Assembly (NCBI GenBank): GCA_973895155.1
Contig: OZ316892.1
Location: forward strand, 3,165,223-3,229,222
Source of the DNA: Marsupella aquatica
Taxonomy: Eukaryota; Plantae; Marchantiophyta
Length of the DNA stretch: 64,000 nucleotides
Direction: 5' to 3'
The notes below the pieces were generated by a model, which was given only the letters and a program-made list of their open reading frames with translations, was not told the origin of the DNA and ran no database searches. The translations under genes were made by a program, and so were the position numbers. How positions within the stretch are numbered: the stretch's first letter is position 1; every line of letters begins with the position of its first letter. Below, in pieces: positions 50,503 through 63,580 of this stretch.

Positions 50503-51866
50503 TGCAGCGGAGAGGACTGCTTCACACGCATCACTAGAAGTTACTCGTCCGCTTATCCGTTTCGATTCCTACTACACAAGGTGCAGCGTCTACGGGCCAG
50601 CCCCTGTCCATTCTCATATTCCTCGGAACTGTCACAAAGTGCGGCCAAACAGCCAGCAGACCTCCGCAATATTCTGCAAATCATCGCCAAGCCACCTTGA
50701 TTGGCATGCTTTGTGACTCAGACAGTGGAGCAATTCGCCGTTGAAAGAATCTATCTTACATTGACTTCACCTATAGGACAAGGAGGCAGATAGAGGAGTA
50801 TTAAATGTCTCCGCTTTTCTCTTCCCCCGAAGATTCTATACAAGTGATTGCAAAGCCGATGGATTCATGGATGGACGTCGTACACAAGTGGACGTCTCTG
50901 ATATCCGTATCACCAGCCGAAGTCACTACTGTAGTACGGTCGTGCTACAGCGACAAACGGATTAGCAGTAGATTGGCAGACCAGAATGGACGACTAATCA
51001 GCCTGCCCTGCTTATCTTACCGCCACCATTTACAAGCCGATGCAGCAGGCCTTTTCACTAAACTGCATTCAACTCCTCTAGCCTTCAACCGAATGTCCTG
51101 AGGAATGATTCACCCAACCTAAACAAGCACGACCACCAGCCTCATCATCACCATTGTCAATTTTCTCCTTCCACTCAGGGCCTCATTCGCTCCTCCGATC
51201 CAGGGAGAATTCGCTCCTCAACCTCTACAAGCAGGGGAACAATCACTCCCTCCCACTAATCCTCCCCTTTCTCGTCTTCCCTACTTATCTCACGTGCCTG
51301 CCGCCTCCGACGATCAGTCAATAAATCAATCGAAAAATTGCGATTGAGTGTAATTTACTCAGACTACTTCATCCAAGGCAGAGAAAGAGAGACGGATTTG
51401 AATGCAATCTCTTCCTTTCTGCTTCCGGATCCTCAGCAAGCAAACAAAGTGCGATTAATGAGCCAACACCAAGCCTGACAGTCTGCCACAGAGCGATTCA
51501 CAGGCAATCTATCGATCAATGAATCAGTCATCGTCAATCAATCAATCAATCCATGAGCCAATCCTGACGACGTTGCCTCCTGTTCTCCTTCTTCATCATC
51601 CAGAGCCAAGCCGACTAATCCGAAGAAGCAGAGTCGAGCCGAGCGAGCCAGAGCAGGAGGAACACAGCCAAGCAGCTCTCCTTCCTCCTCCTCCACTTGT
51701 GTGCTTCATTCCATTCCATTCCACATTCAGCACCTATCTATTCTACAAACGCAACATTACCAATGAGAGAATGACGGTAGATTTCTCTCTTCTCTCTCTT
51801 CACTCAGTCTCTCGAGGAAAAAGGCAGAAAAGGTGAAGAAAAGAGAAAAGAGCATTCCTTCAAAGT

Positions 51867-51887
51867 TCTCTCTCTCTCTCTCTCTCT
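51867..51887. repeat. (TC)n microsatellite in the PAN3 upstream/leader region
   Basis: Direct reading; a poly-C run follows at 51926-51940. Confidence 0.9.
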
Positions 51888-53063
51888 GCTGTCCCTCTTA
51901 TTAATACTGACCCACCTTCATCTCCTCCCCCCCCCCCCCCACTAATCCAACGTAACAGCGAACATTTAATTAATGAGATGATTAGTGGAAGGTCATTTCA
52001 CTATACTGATATGACTAAGGTACTCCAAAAAGTCATTTGATTTGTAAGCTGCATGGAGATCTTAGCAGTACATTCCAACGAGGGGTTATAGTAAGTAAAT
52101 TGAATTAGGGAGCAGCTTAGCGATTTATTGAACTCTGAGGGTGACTTTGTAAAAAATGGTTTCACTCTATTGCATCTTTCAGTTGTCCTTCATTTTTCAC
52201 TGAATTGCTTTGATAAATAAGTGTAGGCAATTGTCCTAGAAATTTAATTTTCACCTTCCGTATGTCAACATTACGGGGGAGTGCACCTCCACTTCCCCTA
52301 CTCCAACTTGGCAACTCACATTTAATTAAGCTGATTTGAGATGATCGGTAGAAGCTCCACTTCACTATATTGCATTTAAATTTTTTTCTCACACTCTAAA
52401 TTGCATTGATAAATGGCTGTGTAGACAATTTTCCTAGAAATCAATTTTCATCTTGAGTACCTTCTATGTCATCAGTTCGGGGCCATCACTTCCTCTTCAT
52501 CCAACCCAACGTTACAGCTCAAATTTAGCTACACAAATCTGAGACTATTAGTTCAAGCTCCATCTCACTAATTTCCATTGATAAAGCCATGCAAGCCATT
52601 GTTTTCCATGAAGTTTACACAAAATGTGCACTTTTGCTATTTACAAAAATTGTTCCTTTGGAAATTTCTTACATGCCAAATAGTAGACACAAACAATGAT
52701 GAAATAGTACCCAAAGTAGTGCCTTTGTAAATAGCACAAGTTTACATTTGTTTCAACTACAAAGCTGATTCTTCATAATTATGGCATTTGTGTGTATGCT
52801 GACAAATTTTGGTTGAATGTGCAATGAAAATATGTTGATATCTGAAATGGACCTGCAGTTGTCTACATCACGTGAACCATTTTCTGTCATTTTGATATTT
52901 ATTGGAGGCATACTACATAAGTATAGATATAGATTTCTACGTCTGTTTGACAATCTTTTGTTATTACAATCATATGGAAGATATGTTCACCTAGTATAAA
53001 ACGGATTTCAATATCCAAAAGCTTGTCAACTTGAATGGGATGCTTTCTACATGCTATTGAATT

Positions 53064-53065
<2 letters not shown>

Positions 53066-53106
<41 letters not shown>
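53066..53106. repeat. (AT)n microsatellite
   Basis: About 20 AT units, read directly. Confidence 0.97.
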
Positions 53107-53109
<3 letters not shown>

Positions 53110-54135
53110 ATAAAATTGGTTATCAAATATGCATACAACCCATTTTTGTGATGTACCTATTCTAGGAGTTGACCCAGATTCACATGGGACAGGCTGGAGG
53201 GCATGGGAGTCATTTAGAACAATTTGAAACAACAGCTGGTTCTAGAAGTAGATCAATGGAACTAGTGTCCCCTCCCGCTCGGGAGACCTAGAAGTGTCCT
53301 TTTTGCAACTATGGAAGTACTTGATTGTTCACTAAAGAAAGTGAAGTCTCTAGTGGTGAGATTCCAAACTTGGTGTATCATAGGGACACTAGGGTGGTCA
53401 GGAATAATATGACCACATTGTGGAATGTACAAGGAATGTTTGAATCCCCACTAGCCATGACAAAACCTAGATCCACCAGATTTCAAAAAGTAATTTATTT
53501 TTGAAGTTGTGGAGCAAACTGGCATGGTAGAGCAGAGGAGTGTCTGTGGAGTGGAATGAAAAAAAAAGGGGAAATCTTGGACAATTCCCCCTCATATATG
53601 GCCAGTGGTAGTTTATGGCTGCGCTGATGCAAAATCCAGCTGAGGGAAGGTCAAGGATATACCACAAAAGAGAAGGAGGGAGGGAGGAAAATTAGTTCAA
53701 TCTTGTTGTGACCAAACCCTCTTCAGTCGCATATAGTTTATTTAATTTTTGCCTCCAAATGAATACTGTATTAAGTAAAAATGATTCAAGAATTTGCATA
53801 ATGGCTGTTGGATTTGGAAATGCAAAGCATTATTCAGAGGTCTTTTTTATTCAGAAAGTGAGAAATTCCTACATAATTGCTCGTCCAAAGTGGCCTCGTG
53901 ACCAAGCTTGTGACTATGTGACAGACTATTAGTAGCCTTCCTTTCCCTTGTTTGCCAATTGACTGTTAATGGTAACATCCTTCTGTTTCCTAGCTTGAAA
54001 CCAAGTCATTGCTGAATGTTTTGTGAACCAGTCCCCTGTCTTATAACTAGATTGGTCTAGGTGGTAGTGCCCGCTGAATTATTGGGGTTTCCTGCCTTTG
54101 GGATCTTATCTCTGGTTAGGGCCTTTTTGGTCATT

Positions 54136-54292
54136 GGTAGTGTGACATATACAGTTACCACTCCCCTAACATGTAACTAGATTGAGCAAGGTGGTGTGAT
54201 ATAAATAGTTACCATTCCCCTAACATATAACAAGATTGAACCAGGTGGGGTGATATTAATAGTTACCATTCCCCTAACACATAACTAGATTG
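54136..54292. repeat. 54-bp minisatellite x~3
   Basis: 'agttacca.tcccctaaca..taac.agattg' occurs three times. Confidence 0.9.
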
Positions 54293-55141
54293 CAGAGCCA
54301 TATGAGTCATTGGGTCTACTGCCTTTGGGATCCTAAGCACTCCTTGTTTCCCGGCTGTGTGATATGTATAGTACTATTCTCTGTTACTCTTGTCTTGGCT
54401 GAGCCATTTTCTGAGACTTATCCTCCCCCATTCCTGCTTCCCACTTGCACCCAGCTTCAGTTGCACTTCCAGAGTCCCTAGTCTAGAGTCTTCACTCTAG
54501 ACCATATGCCCTGAAATGTAGGTCTCAATTGCAATTGTATAGTTAGGTCTTAAGTGAAACAAATTTGCCCTATATCCTGGAAATAATAGTAGTAAGGATG
54601 TATGTATTGATTACCCTATATAACGTCTTGCATACTTTTTGAAGCATTCCCTACCTATCAACCCAAGGGGAACCCCATTTTACTTGACAAGGTTGAGACA
54701 AACAGGCCAGACACTCCGTCAGTGACTTTGTCAAAGGCCTTAGCAAAAGATCAGAAACATAAATTTCCTTCACTCATCAATCCCAACTCATCATGTTGAA
54801 AGGTTAGCAAAACTTCCAAGTGAGATTTTACCTCACTGACTCTAAATCTAGAATTTTCACACTTATTCTTGTCCTTTTCTACATAGCAGGTAGTTGAGTT
54901 AGTTCTAGAGACTTGGCTAGTTTGTCACACACAGTTCACTAACTAATCCCAAATCCTGGTGAGAATCCTCTTTCATGTTTTCTAGAAGACTTAACTTAGA
55001 TAACTAAACCAGAACTTGGGATCCCTCAACTAGAATTTCTAATCTGTCACCAGGGAACGTATCAAGAAAAATAAGTCTGTCGCTCCACAATAATGTGGAA
55101 CATTAAGGTTCAGCATAATGTCTTCCATCAGGTGCACGTTC

Positions 55142-55317
55142 GAGATATATGCTTAGTAGACCCCCTTTTGGAAAAAGTTTGCTTAATCAACCCCCTCGAT
55201 ACTTTCCCCCAATCTGGACCATTGATGGACCTTTCAATCTCAGATCTGTACCATTGATAGACCTCAGGGGTCTATCAAATAACAAGTTTCATTTTGGGGG
55301 TCAATCAAGCAAATACC
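55142..55317 (+). mobile_element. Mutator-like TIR / MITE copy 2
   Basis: Begins GAGATATATGCTTAGTAGACCCCC; inverted homolog of 4856-5032. Confidence 0.7.
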
Positions 55318-55992
55318 TGTGCACTTTGTGTTCAGCTACTTTTGCTAGTCATCTACCTTCTTGGACCAGTTGTGTTTTGGCCTTGGACGGTTCCTGAAGA
55401 TTGAGGGACGAAGTTAACTAATCAGTCTTTAGATGCAACTAATCTTGCATCTCACTTGTCTTTTACTTCAATCGTGTCCCTACTCTTCTTTCAAGGATAA
55501 CATGCAGTATTTTGAGATTCTATGCATATCCTACCTTGACCTGAAGGTTTGTACTGTACTGTAGATGTAATGTACGAGGTTGTCAATCAGTAGTTGTACT
55601 AAGCATGCTCGTCAGCATCGTCAAGTTACTCTAATAAGGGCCTGGCTTCAAGAGACAAAAGAGAATCTTTCAACCAATCTTTCACAAATCTACCTGAGCA
55701 TGCAATTTGACACGACCGATGTGTAGGAAACAGTACAGTGGGGAGTAGAAATTCCAGCTTACAGATTGTAGTAGAGCACGGTACGACTCTGTTGGGGACG
55801 TCAGTGGCATTTTGGCTACAGTTATACCTGGGAGAAAATGAAGAACCGCTCACGTTACCTGTCGCATAAGAACATGAAAGGCACAGAATCACGTCCATGA
55901 AACAGAGCCCTGCAAACTTTTCTCGATTAAGTTCTAGGTTTGGAATGATGAGCACAATGCGGACTTAACTGAAGTGGACTTACTAGCTTACA

Positions 55993-58804
55993 TCCTAACT
56001 ATAATACACAGTTGCGCCAAAAAACGGAGTGGTCGTCATTCAAATTTGGAATGTCCTTTTGGGTGATAATAATTGAAACCTGTAAATATGAAACCAATAA
56101 GGGGAAAAATAAAAGGAACATGAAAAAACCTGGTACAGGGCAGGGTGTGCACATGGTGTGCACAAACCAGGTACACAAAGATGCACAAGACAGGTACTAT
56201 TGTATTTTTAGGTACAGAATATGAGCTCATTACTCTTGGGAGCCCAGATACAAGGTACAAAAGGGACAGAGGTACTCTAGAGAGGTACAATTGTACCAGC
56301 AGAGTACAACTTACTTTTAAGAGAAAGGGAGGAGCGTAGCTTCTTTCCCTTTGGAGTTTAAAGTTCTCTCTTGCTAGCCTATGTGAGCTCATAAGGGCTC
56401 CTTGCATTTAATGAGAACTTTTAAGCAACAACAACTACAGAAGAGGGAGAGTGAAGAGGAAGCGATGATAACTCCTGACACGACCCTGGCCCTAGCCTCT
56501 ATTCAATAAATGTATTTTTTTGGTGCAAGCTTTTGCCAAATTCTACCTCCCCAAAATGTGTTCACCACTTTTTCCGCCACTTTTGCCAAAAATTTGCTAG
56601 ATTTTTTGCATACCATTGGCCACTCTCCCACCAAATCATGGACCTCATTTGCCAAAATCTAACGGTTGTATGTAAATCTAGTGATATCTGACGAATAGGA
56701 TATAATTCAAGAAAAATTGTGGAAGAATACTCCTAGCATCTCCTACCTTTGAGAGGCTGACATTTGCCACATTGGCTAAAAACAAAAAATTAATGTTTTA
56801 AACCCGGGACCCCAAAGTCCCATCTCCAACCCTAACTCAATCTTGCCCCGGGTTCCAACTCCCCAACAACCCCTCTGTTGTTATGTCTTGCCACTTTGTT
56901 TACCACAGGAAGAGGCATGGGGTGGGGGCCAAAATATCTAGACCAAAGTTGATCTGGGGGTGGCAGGTCCTCCAATATTGGAAAGTGTTGCAAACCACAC
57001 CACTATCCCAAGGGGGCATGGTATTGGCGACTAAGGAGCCGAGTAAACTTGGATGAGGTTAGCAAAGGGGTTCTATGCAAGGGGTAGGCAAATTGTTTTG
57101 TTGAAAAGTGGGCTGAGTCGTGTCGTTGCCTCAAGGGGAATTGGCGTTGGGGCGGCCAAAGCCAAGAAAGTGGCCGTAGTCAACTTTAATCAAACTAAGC
57201 TTAAAGTAACCAAAAAATTGGGGTTACTGATGAGGTTCCAAGATATATGCAAGTGCAGGGAAAGGGCCATTGAAAAGTCAGCCAAGCAGCGCCGTTACCC
57301 TAGGGGGTCTCGACATCGGGGCAGACAACGCCAATTAAGCTATTGCGGCAACTTTAAGTAAGAAGTTTTAAGTAAGCGGCCAATGATGGTAACTTTCAGC
57401 AAAAAGCTTAATAACGTAACAAAAACGTTGGGGTTATCAATGGGGCTTCAGGATGCAAGGGTGGCAAAAAAGTGGCAACAACTTAACAACTTTTTTACTT
57501 AACTTAACATGGTTTACTAGCAATATTTTCAATTGTACTTAAGAACATCTTTTACTTCACAACTTACATCTTTGTCTAACGACATCCTTTACTTATCGAC
57601 CATTTTGTACTTAACAAAAAATACTTAATAACATCTTTGGTGAAACATCATCTTTTACCTGACGATATCTTAGACATAAAGACATCTTTGGCGCATCGAC
57701 ATCTTTTTACTTCACTACATTTTTCACATAAGAACATTTTTTCTTCGCGACACCTTTGGCAACACGACATCATAGTTCTTAATGACATCTTCTTACTTCA
57801 CAACATCTTTCACATATTAACGACATCTTTGGCAACATGACATCTTTTTTTTTAACGACGTCTTTGGCAACATGACATCTTTTTTCTTAACGAAATCTTT
57901 GGCAACACAACATATTTTTTCTTAACAAAATCTTTGGCAACACAACATATTTTTTCTTAACAAAATCTTTGGCAACATGACACTTTTTTTGTTGACAACA
58001 TCTTTGGCGAAACAACATATTTTTTCTTAACAACATCTTTTGTGCAACGCCCGGGTATTGAGCTATCTTTCACATATTAAGGACATATTGGGTGAAACAA
58101 CACCTTTTTACTTATAACATCATTTACTTCACAAAAACTTAGTTTGGCAAAATGATAACTTTTTCTTAACGCCATCTTTCACATAATGACATCTTTTACA
58201 TTTTGGGCGACACAAAATCTTTTGTGTAATGCACGGGTATTTTTCCTCAACGACATCTTGGCCATCTGTTTTCTCAATGACGTCTTGGCCGACACAACAT
58301 CTTTTTTCTTAGTGACGTCTTGCTCGACACAACATCTTTTCTCTCAACAACGTCTTGGCCAACATGACATATTTTTTCTCAACGACTTCTTTGCCAACAC
58401 GACATCCTTTGTCTCAATGACTTCTTGGCCGATACAATGTCTTTTTTATCAATGAGATCTTGGCCAACACGACATCGATTTTCTCAACGACCTCTTGGCC
58501 AATACAACATTTTTTCTCAACAATCTCTTGGTCGACACGACATCTTTTTTCTCAACCAATTCATGGCCGACATGACATCTTGGTCGACACGACATCTTTT
58601 GTTCTGAATGACCTCTTGGCCGACACAACATCTTTTGTTATCACCGACATTTTGGCCGACATGACATCTTTTGTTCTCAACAACATCTTGGGCAACACGA
58701 CATCTTTCTTCTCAACAACCTCTTGGCCGACATGATCTCTTTTGTTCTCAATGACATCTTGGTCGTGACGACATCTTTTGTGCAACGCACGGGTATTGAG
58801 CTAG
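55993..58804 (+). mobile_element. Non-autonomous Helitron (copy 2) with internal minisatellite and repeated 3' termini
   Basis: A|TC 5' end (TCCTAACTATAATACACAGTTGCG). The 3' end TTTTGTGCAACGCACGGGTATTGAGCTAG|T is identical to copy 1. GACATC-core array spans ~57540-58780. Confidence 0.85.
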
Positions 58805-58934
58805 TGTGTTTATATTACACTAGGATCTCAGTCTAGGGTGTAGGGTGGAATTATATCCTACAATATGTCGTAGCTAATCAGGAGATTTTACAAACTCAAC
58901 GAACTGAAGAGACGGTAAGAGTTTGAAATATTAC

Positions 58935-59078
58935 AGGAAGATCTGGAACGCTTTCGATGAGTTTGCTTTGCAGCACACCAGTGCTAGCAGTAAAAACTAC
59001 AGCCTTGGCTCTGCATACCAATTCGAAACAACCACTTAAGTAGTCTCCGCCTAAATTGTGCTCGATCTTATGTACAAC
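58935..59078 (-). pseudogene. Orphan polyamine oxidase (flavin amine oxidase) exon
   Basis: AG|...|GT-bounded 144-nt exon: VVHKIEHNLGG...RAKAVVFTASTGVLQSKLIESVPDLP resembles the plant PAO motif VVREI...ADYVxVSASxGVLQSDLIxFxPxLP. No other PAO exons recognised. Confidence 0.7.
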
Positions 59079-60669
59079 CTGCACAATTACACCCGTAGCT
59101 AACATGAGATAGTGTAAAGTGCTGGTGAGTCATTAAGACGGCATTGCCCTACTGCAACTGAGAAGAAGGAATCTGATCCGTGCGGGGTTTGCATTCAGGA
59201 TTTTGTTAGTTATGCTAGTGTTCCTAATGCTGAGATGATTCTACATAGATTCCAGGCTAAGTAAAAAGTACGTTTGCTAATTGTTGATTCACCACGCCCA
59301 AAAGCTTGGTTAGACACTCTCATGCCCATGAGGGTAATTAGGGGCCCTCACAATCTAGTGGAAACGACCGTTATTTTCCATTCTCTAGTAAAACTTCGAC
59401 TCGCTTCTTGGTATAGTTCACTAGCAGGTATCTTAATTTCCGAAGTTGCACCAATGACAATAAATTTAGTCCCTAGCATAATAACAGTAGGATAGAGGAC
59501 ATGTTGATAGTTTATCGCTAGTAATCAGCATTGCCACACGGATTTAAAATTAGAGCCTGATTGCCCTGGAAGATACAATGCAATCCGACTCGGCTAGTGC
59601 TCCTGCCTCATCCGCGGTGGTTAGCCTAATTTACTCTGTACAGAGTTGAACTTGTGAATCCTGGGTGAAAAGGTACACTGCAATACTGAACAGCTTACAA
59701 CACAATCAGGGGAATTGTTTTCAACGGAGCTTAGAGAAGGGATGCAATAATCGCGACGGCCCCTCGCCCAACACGCTCCCCGGGCAATCCGTGCATATGG
59801 GTCGGGTCCGAAAACTTTTGCTTTTAAGGGCCCTGCCGAATAAGTGTGCGGAAATCGTAAAGCTGAAGTGGTTTCTGGCAGGTGTATACCGGGAGTACCC
59901 GAAACGGAGCGATAACCAGAAAAACATGGAAAAGTATCCTGATGAAATTTTAATTTTAATTTTTTATTCTTTTGTAGCTGCGTCATTGCATTAGAGATTG
60001 GGAATCGAAAGCTCGTAAGTCTAATTTTTCTATCATTTCTTTGAAGCTCGCCACTTCTTATGGAATTAGAAAACGGGAGTGATTCACCAAACCTGCTTTG
60101 AGCATCGAGAGGACCTTGCACCAACTGGTGAGTGAACAACTACCGCTAACAACAAAGGGATGGGTGAAGATAACTCCGTTGTTGAGATTGATTCCTAATT
60201 AGTTCCTCAGCACACAGTGCTCTCACTCTTCTGATGTGAGCAACGAAAAGATCCTCGAATCGAATTTCAGGTAATATCCCTCAATCGCGTGCAAGATCCA
60301 AATTGGTAACACACACATGGTTTTTCAAGAGCCGTGCACATGTGAAGTGGTTCAGAATTGCATAAGCTCAGAGCAAAGGGTCATACCACAGGCTCCACCT
60401 CGAACAGCAATCACGTCAGCACCGTTTCACCCCCACGAGCTGGATAGCTCACCAACTGATACCACCAGAAGTGAACCACAGCAGTTGCAGCATCTGCTAT
60501 GGACCCCGCCTTATCTTCTTGTGAACCAGAGTCTCCATCGCTGAATACTGACGGGGCTGCAGTCCGGCAGGTCTCTTAGATGCTGTGCAAACGCCCATTT
60601 TGCTGAGGGCCGTTAATAAAGGCTGCCGATGAATGACTCGCCGCCGAGTACTACTGCTCAAGAACAGAA

Positions 60670-60900
60670 TTCATAGGCCCCAAGAACTGAAGTCATTCCA
60701 GAAGATCCAATCCTCTCTATTCAAATGCACCCGCCTGCAGAAATGCCTTCCAATTCCATACATCGAGAAACAGCGAACTGGATTCATAGGCTTCCAAAAC
60801 TGAAGTCATTCCATTGGATCCACTCATCTCTATACAATGCACCCACCTGCAGAAATGCAGTCCAATCCCACATATTGAGAAACAGAGAGCTGGTATTCTC
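60670..60900. repeat. ~112-bp diverged tandem duplication downstream of the F-box gene
   Basis: 'attcataggc..aactgaagtcattcca..gatcca..atgcacc..cctgcagaaatgc..gagaaacag' occurs twice. Confidence 0.8.
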
Positions 60901-62074
60901 TCCATTGACAGCACTTCTTTTAAAGGTCAAAACTATCACATCCCAGATGTAACGTGAAGAAGAAGCAATCGAATTTCACACTTGGAGAAACTGTGAGTTA
61001 GTTTTATTATCCTAACAAGACTGCATCCACTACTAGTAACCATGCAGGATGCAAACATTTACATATTCAAAAATGCCTGCAAGCATAATAACCCAGATAG
61101 CACAGCACTCTAAGAATTACTTTAGACTGCTGCGTGAAACAATGTTCCGAAGTTTCACTATGGACAGTACACAGATAGGCCAACAAGTAGCTCAATAAAC
61201 TTTGAATTCATTTCACAAAATTCAATCGATTCCATCTCCGAAAGCAACAGCAGAAAGAAGTACAAGTCCTACAAAATATATAAACAAAGAGCTGCATCAT
61301 TGGTCCATCAAGAACTCGTCCGGGGATTACAACCTTCCTGACTACGATCGTCCACCGAATGAATGAAAAAGAAAAGCGACAGCAACTGGAGACAATTGGG
61401 CTGAATGCAGGTACTGACACAGCTTTGCAATCTAAATAAGAAATTAGTGCGTCCCGCTTCACAGTGCACTGAGGGAGCTGAGGTTGACAGTCTGGAAGTG
61501 CAACAACAACAGTATCTAAACAAGCTGAAGAGCTACGGAGAAGGCAGCGACATCAGGCAGCACCAGCGTGAGGTGAGCAATCTGTGGTACTCGCAATTTT
61601 AGTCGACAAAACTGTCTTATAAATCATTTGACATACTCTTTGCAGAGTTCAGACACTGAGGCACCCTACTCGGAAAAGAGTATGAACAGAGTGGAGGACA
61701 ACGAATGCTTCAGGAGGTGAAGGATTCGCTGGGTAAAGACATTTCCCTAACTACACTTCTGCCTACCATTCACATCGCACAACGTTCGAACTAGTTGTCA
61801 TTGATGTTCTACTGAATCTTGAAAATGAGATGAAAATGCAGTAACCCGCAGACACACGATCTGGCGAAGGGTAAAACTTTTAGGGTGTTTCTGTATTTCG
61901 TGGAAAAATGAGGTCGCTAGACACGACGGTATGTCCAGAGAAAGTGCATTACACTGAATTACAACCAAACAGTTCTAAGGAAGAAAAGATCTCCAAAAAA
62001 GCGGCTGCTCGGAGGCGAGGAGCCTTTTCCTCGTGCAGTTCTTGTTTGTATATACCACAATTCTACCTACAATA

Positions 62075-63580
62075 CTATGCCGTTGCGTCCAATCTGGGTT
62101 CATGGTAGATCCCCCTTATGATGCGTCCGGTGCCACACACATCACCTCGAGAAAAATTCTGCAGCTTTTGCCACGACTTCTTGGAGAGGTCGTACACGAG
62201 CAACTTGCAGCGCCCCCTCACATCATAAAGGTTGTAGGTGAAGAGCAATACGAACCGCCCAGCTTGGCACCAGTCCAGAATCACATCATCCCGCTCATTG
62301 CACTGAAAGTAATCCTTGTCACCGAAAAAGCCCTCAAAAAGCCCTGCAGGTAAGCGGTCCACTTCCTTCCATTTCATACTCCCTGGCTGATGCTCCCAAA
62401 TGCAGATACTCTGGATTTTATGATCCTCTTCAAGCTCTCCAACCATCAGAATCCGCCCTTGCCATTCCAACAGCTCCCCGTGCCTCACAGTCGAGGGCAA
62501 GGGGGCTTGTAGATCACTCCACACCCCTTGCTCCATATCGTAAGCCAACAGCAAATTCCGCTGGGCGTGACTGCGTACATACAAGAATCCCTGAGAGTAG
62601 ACAGGTTTACCTCTCAAGGTGTGGGTGGGCGGAATGTTGCCTGTGGTGGTCCAGCTCAGCGTCTGCGAGTCATAAACCTCTGCTGTATTTTGGAAGCTAC
62701 CCGGATCGACCCTAGCAACGCCGGCAACAACCACCTTGTATGCCTTAGTCACTCTATCCACTACCATCGCCAGCATGGTCACTTTCGACGGCGTCTTGAG
62801 GAGGGGCGGCAGTCTACGGCAAGATTTAGTTAGTGGGTTGCACACCACCACGCTCTTAGATCCATTCTCGTAGGAGAAATAGCAAACCAGGCCTCCGTCC
62901 GCCGCAGAGAATGGATTCGTGTTGCTGTGGGCAGGACAGAGAGGCAGCTTGTGCCATTTATTCAATGCAGAATCATAAGTCGAGACATGGTTCCGCTCGT
63001 CGTGTGTGAAGAAGAAAAACCAAGGCCCCTGCGATGGGGTACCCGCGTAAGCCTCCAGAAAGCTCCCGGTGTACATATGAGTATTCCAGTTCTTGCATAC
63101 CTTCCGAAATCGGAAGAAGCTCTGGATGGGCAGTCTGGCTAGAATACAATCCAATAAATGGTCCGGCAGCGTGCTCCATAGAGCGGGATTCATCGGATCT
63201 TTCAACGGAGACGACGATGGGCATGAGTTGGGTGATGCATGGGCATGAGTCGGAACGGTGCAAATATCCTGCTCCTGGTCTTGCTGGTGGGCGTCATTGC
63301 CACTGCTGCCACGACCACCGCCTCCAGGAAGCAAATCCAACTGCAAATCTGTTTCCCAACCGGTCGAGCAGACCGGCCCGCTTCCGTCCACTCGGACTCC
63401 TTCCGATATCCCTGTCGTATCGCCGAAGAACTGGTGGAGGTGCATCAGCCTCCTACTACCTACCTTCCGCCTCTTCCTGCTATTGGCAGTGCTGTTGGTA
63501 TTGTTGTTGTTGTTCGTCGCCAACCCGCTGCTCCGAGCACTTCTCTCCCCGCACTCCCCTTGCCCCACCGTCGACTGCAT
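62075..63580 (-). CDS. F-box/kelch-type beta-propeller protein (UFO/LCR/HWS-like family), intronless CDS, ~501 aa
   Basis: F-box LWSTLPDHLLDCILARLPIQSFFRFRKVCKNWN. Propeller motifs GGLVC, VVCNPLTKS, AEVYDS, LLAYDME, WKEVDRLP, and C-terminal EPRLDA. First ATG at 63580 (the ORF track starts at a TTG). Confidence 0.93.
   Translation of the reverse strand: MQSTVGQGECGERSARSSGLATNNNNNTNSTANSRKRRKVGSRRLMHLHQFFGDTTGISEGVRVDGSGPVCSTGWETDLQLDLLPGGGGRGSSGNDAHQQDQEQDICTVPTHAHASPNSCPSSSPLKDPMNPALWSTLPDHLLDCILARLPIQSFFRFRKVCKNWNTHMYTGSFLEAYAGTPSQGPWFFFFTHDERNHVSTYDSALNKWHKLPLCPAHSNTNPFSAADGGLVCYFSYENGSKSVVVCNPLTKSCRRLPPLLKTPSKVTMLAMVVDRVTKAYKVVVAGVARVDPGSFQNTAEVYDSQTLSWTTTGNIPPTHTLRGKPVYSQGFLYVRSHAQRNLLLAYDMEQGVWSDLQAPLPSTVRHGELLEWQGRILMVGELEEDHKIQSICIWEHQPGSMKWKEVDRLPAGLFEGFFGDKDYFQCNERDDVILDWCQAGRFVLLFTYNLYDVRGRCKLLVYDLSKKSWQKLQNFSRGDVCGTGRIIRGIYHEPRLDATA

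Noticed and set aside
5032-55142. One giant 50-kb transposon bounded by the two inverted 175-bp repeats
   Set aside because: The TIR termini point the wrong way to enclose the interval and the flanks share no TSD.
59621-60139. 172-aa ORF as a separate gene or as part of PAO
   Set aside because: Non-ATG start, no amine-oxidase or other motif, and no splice support.
62350-62370. miR394 target site as in angiosperm LCR (EVDRMP region)
   Set aside because: The DNA encoding EVDRLP (GGAAGTGGACCGCTTACCTG) has too many mismatches to the recalled site GGAGGTTGACAGAATGCCAA.
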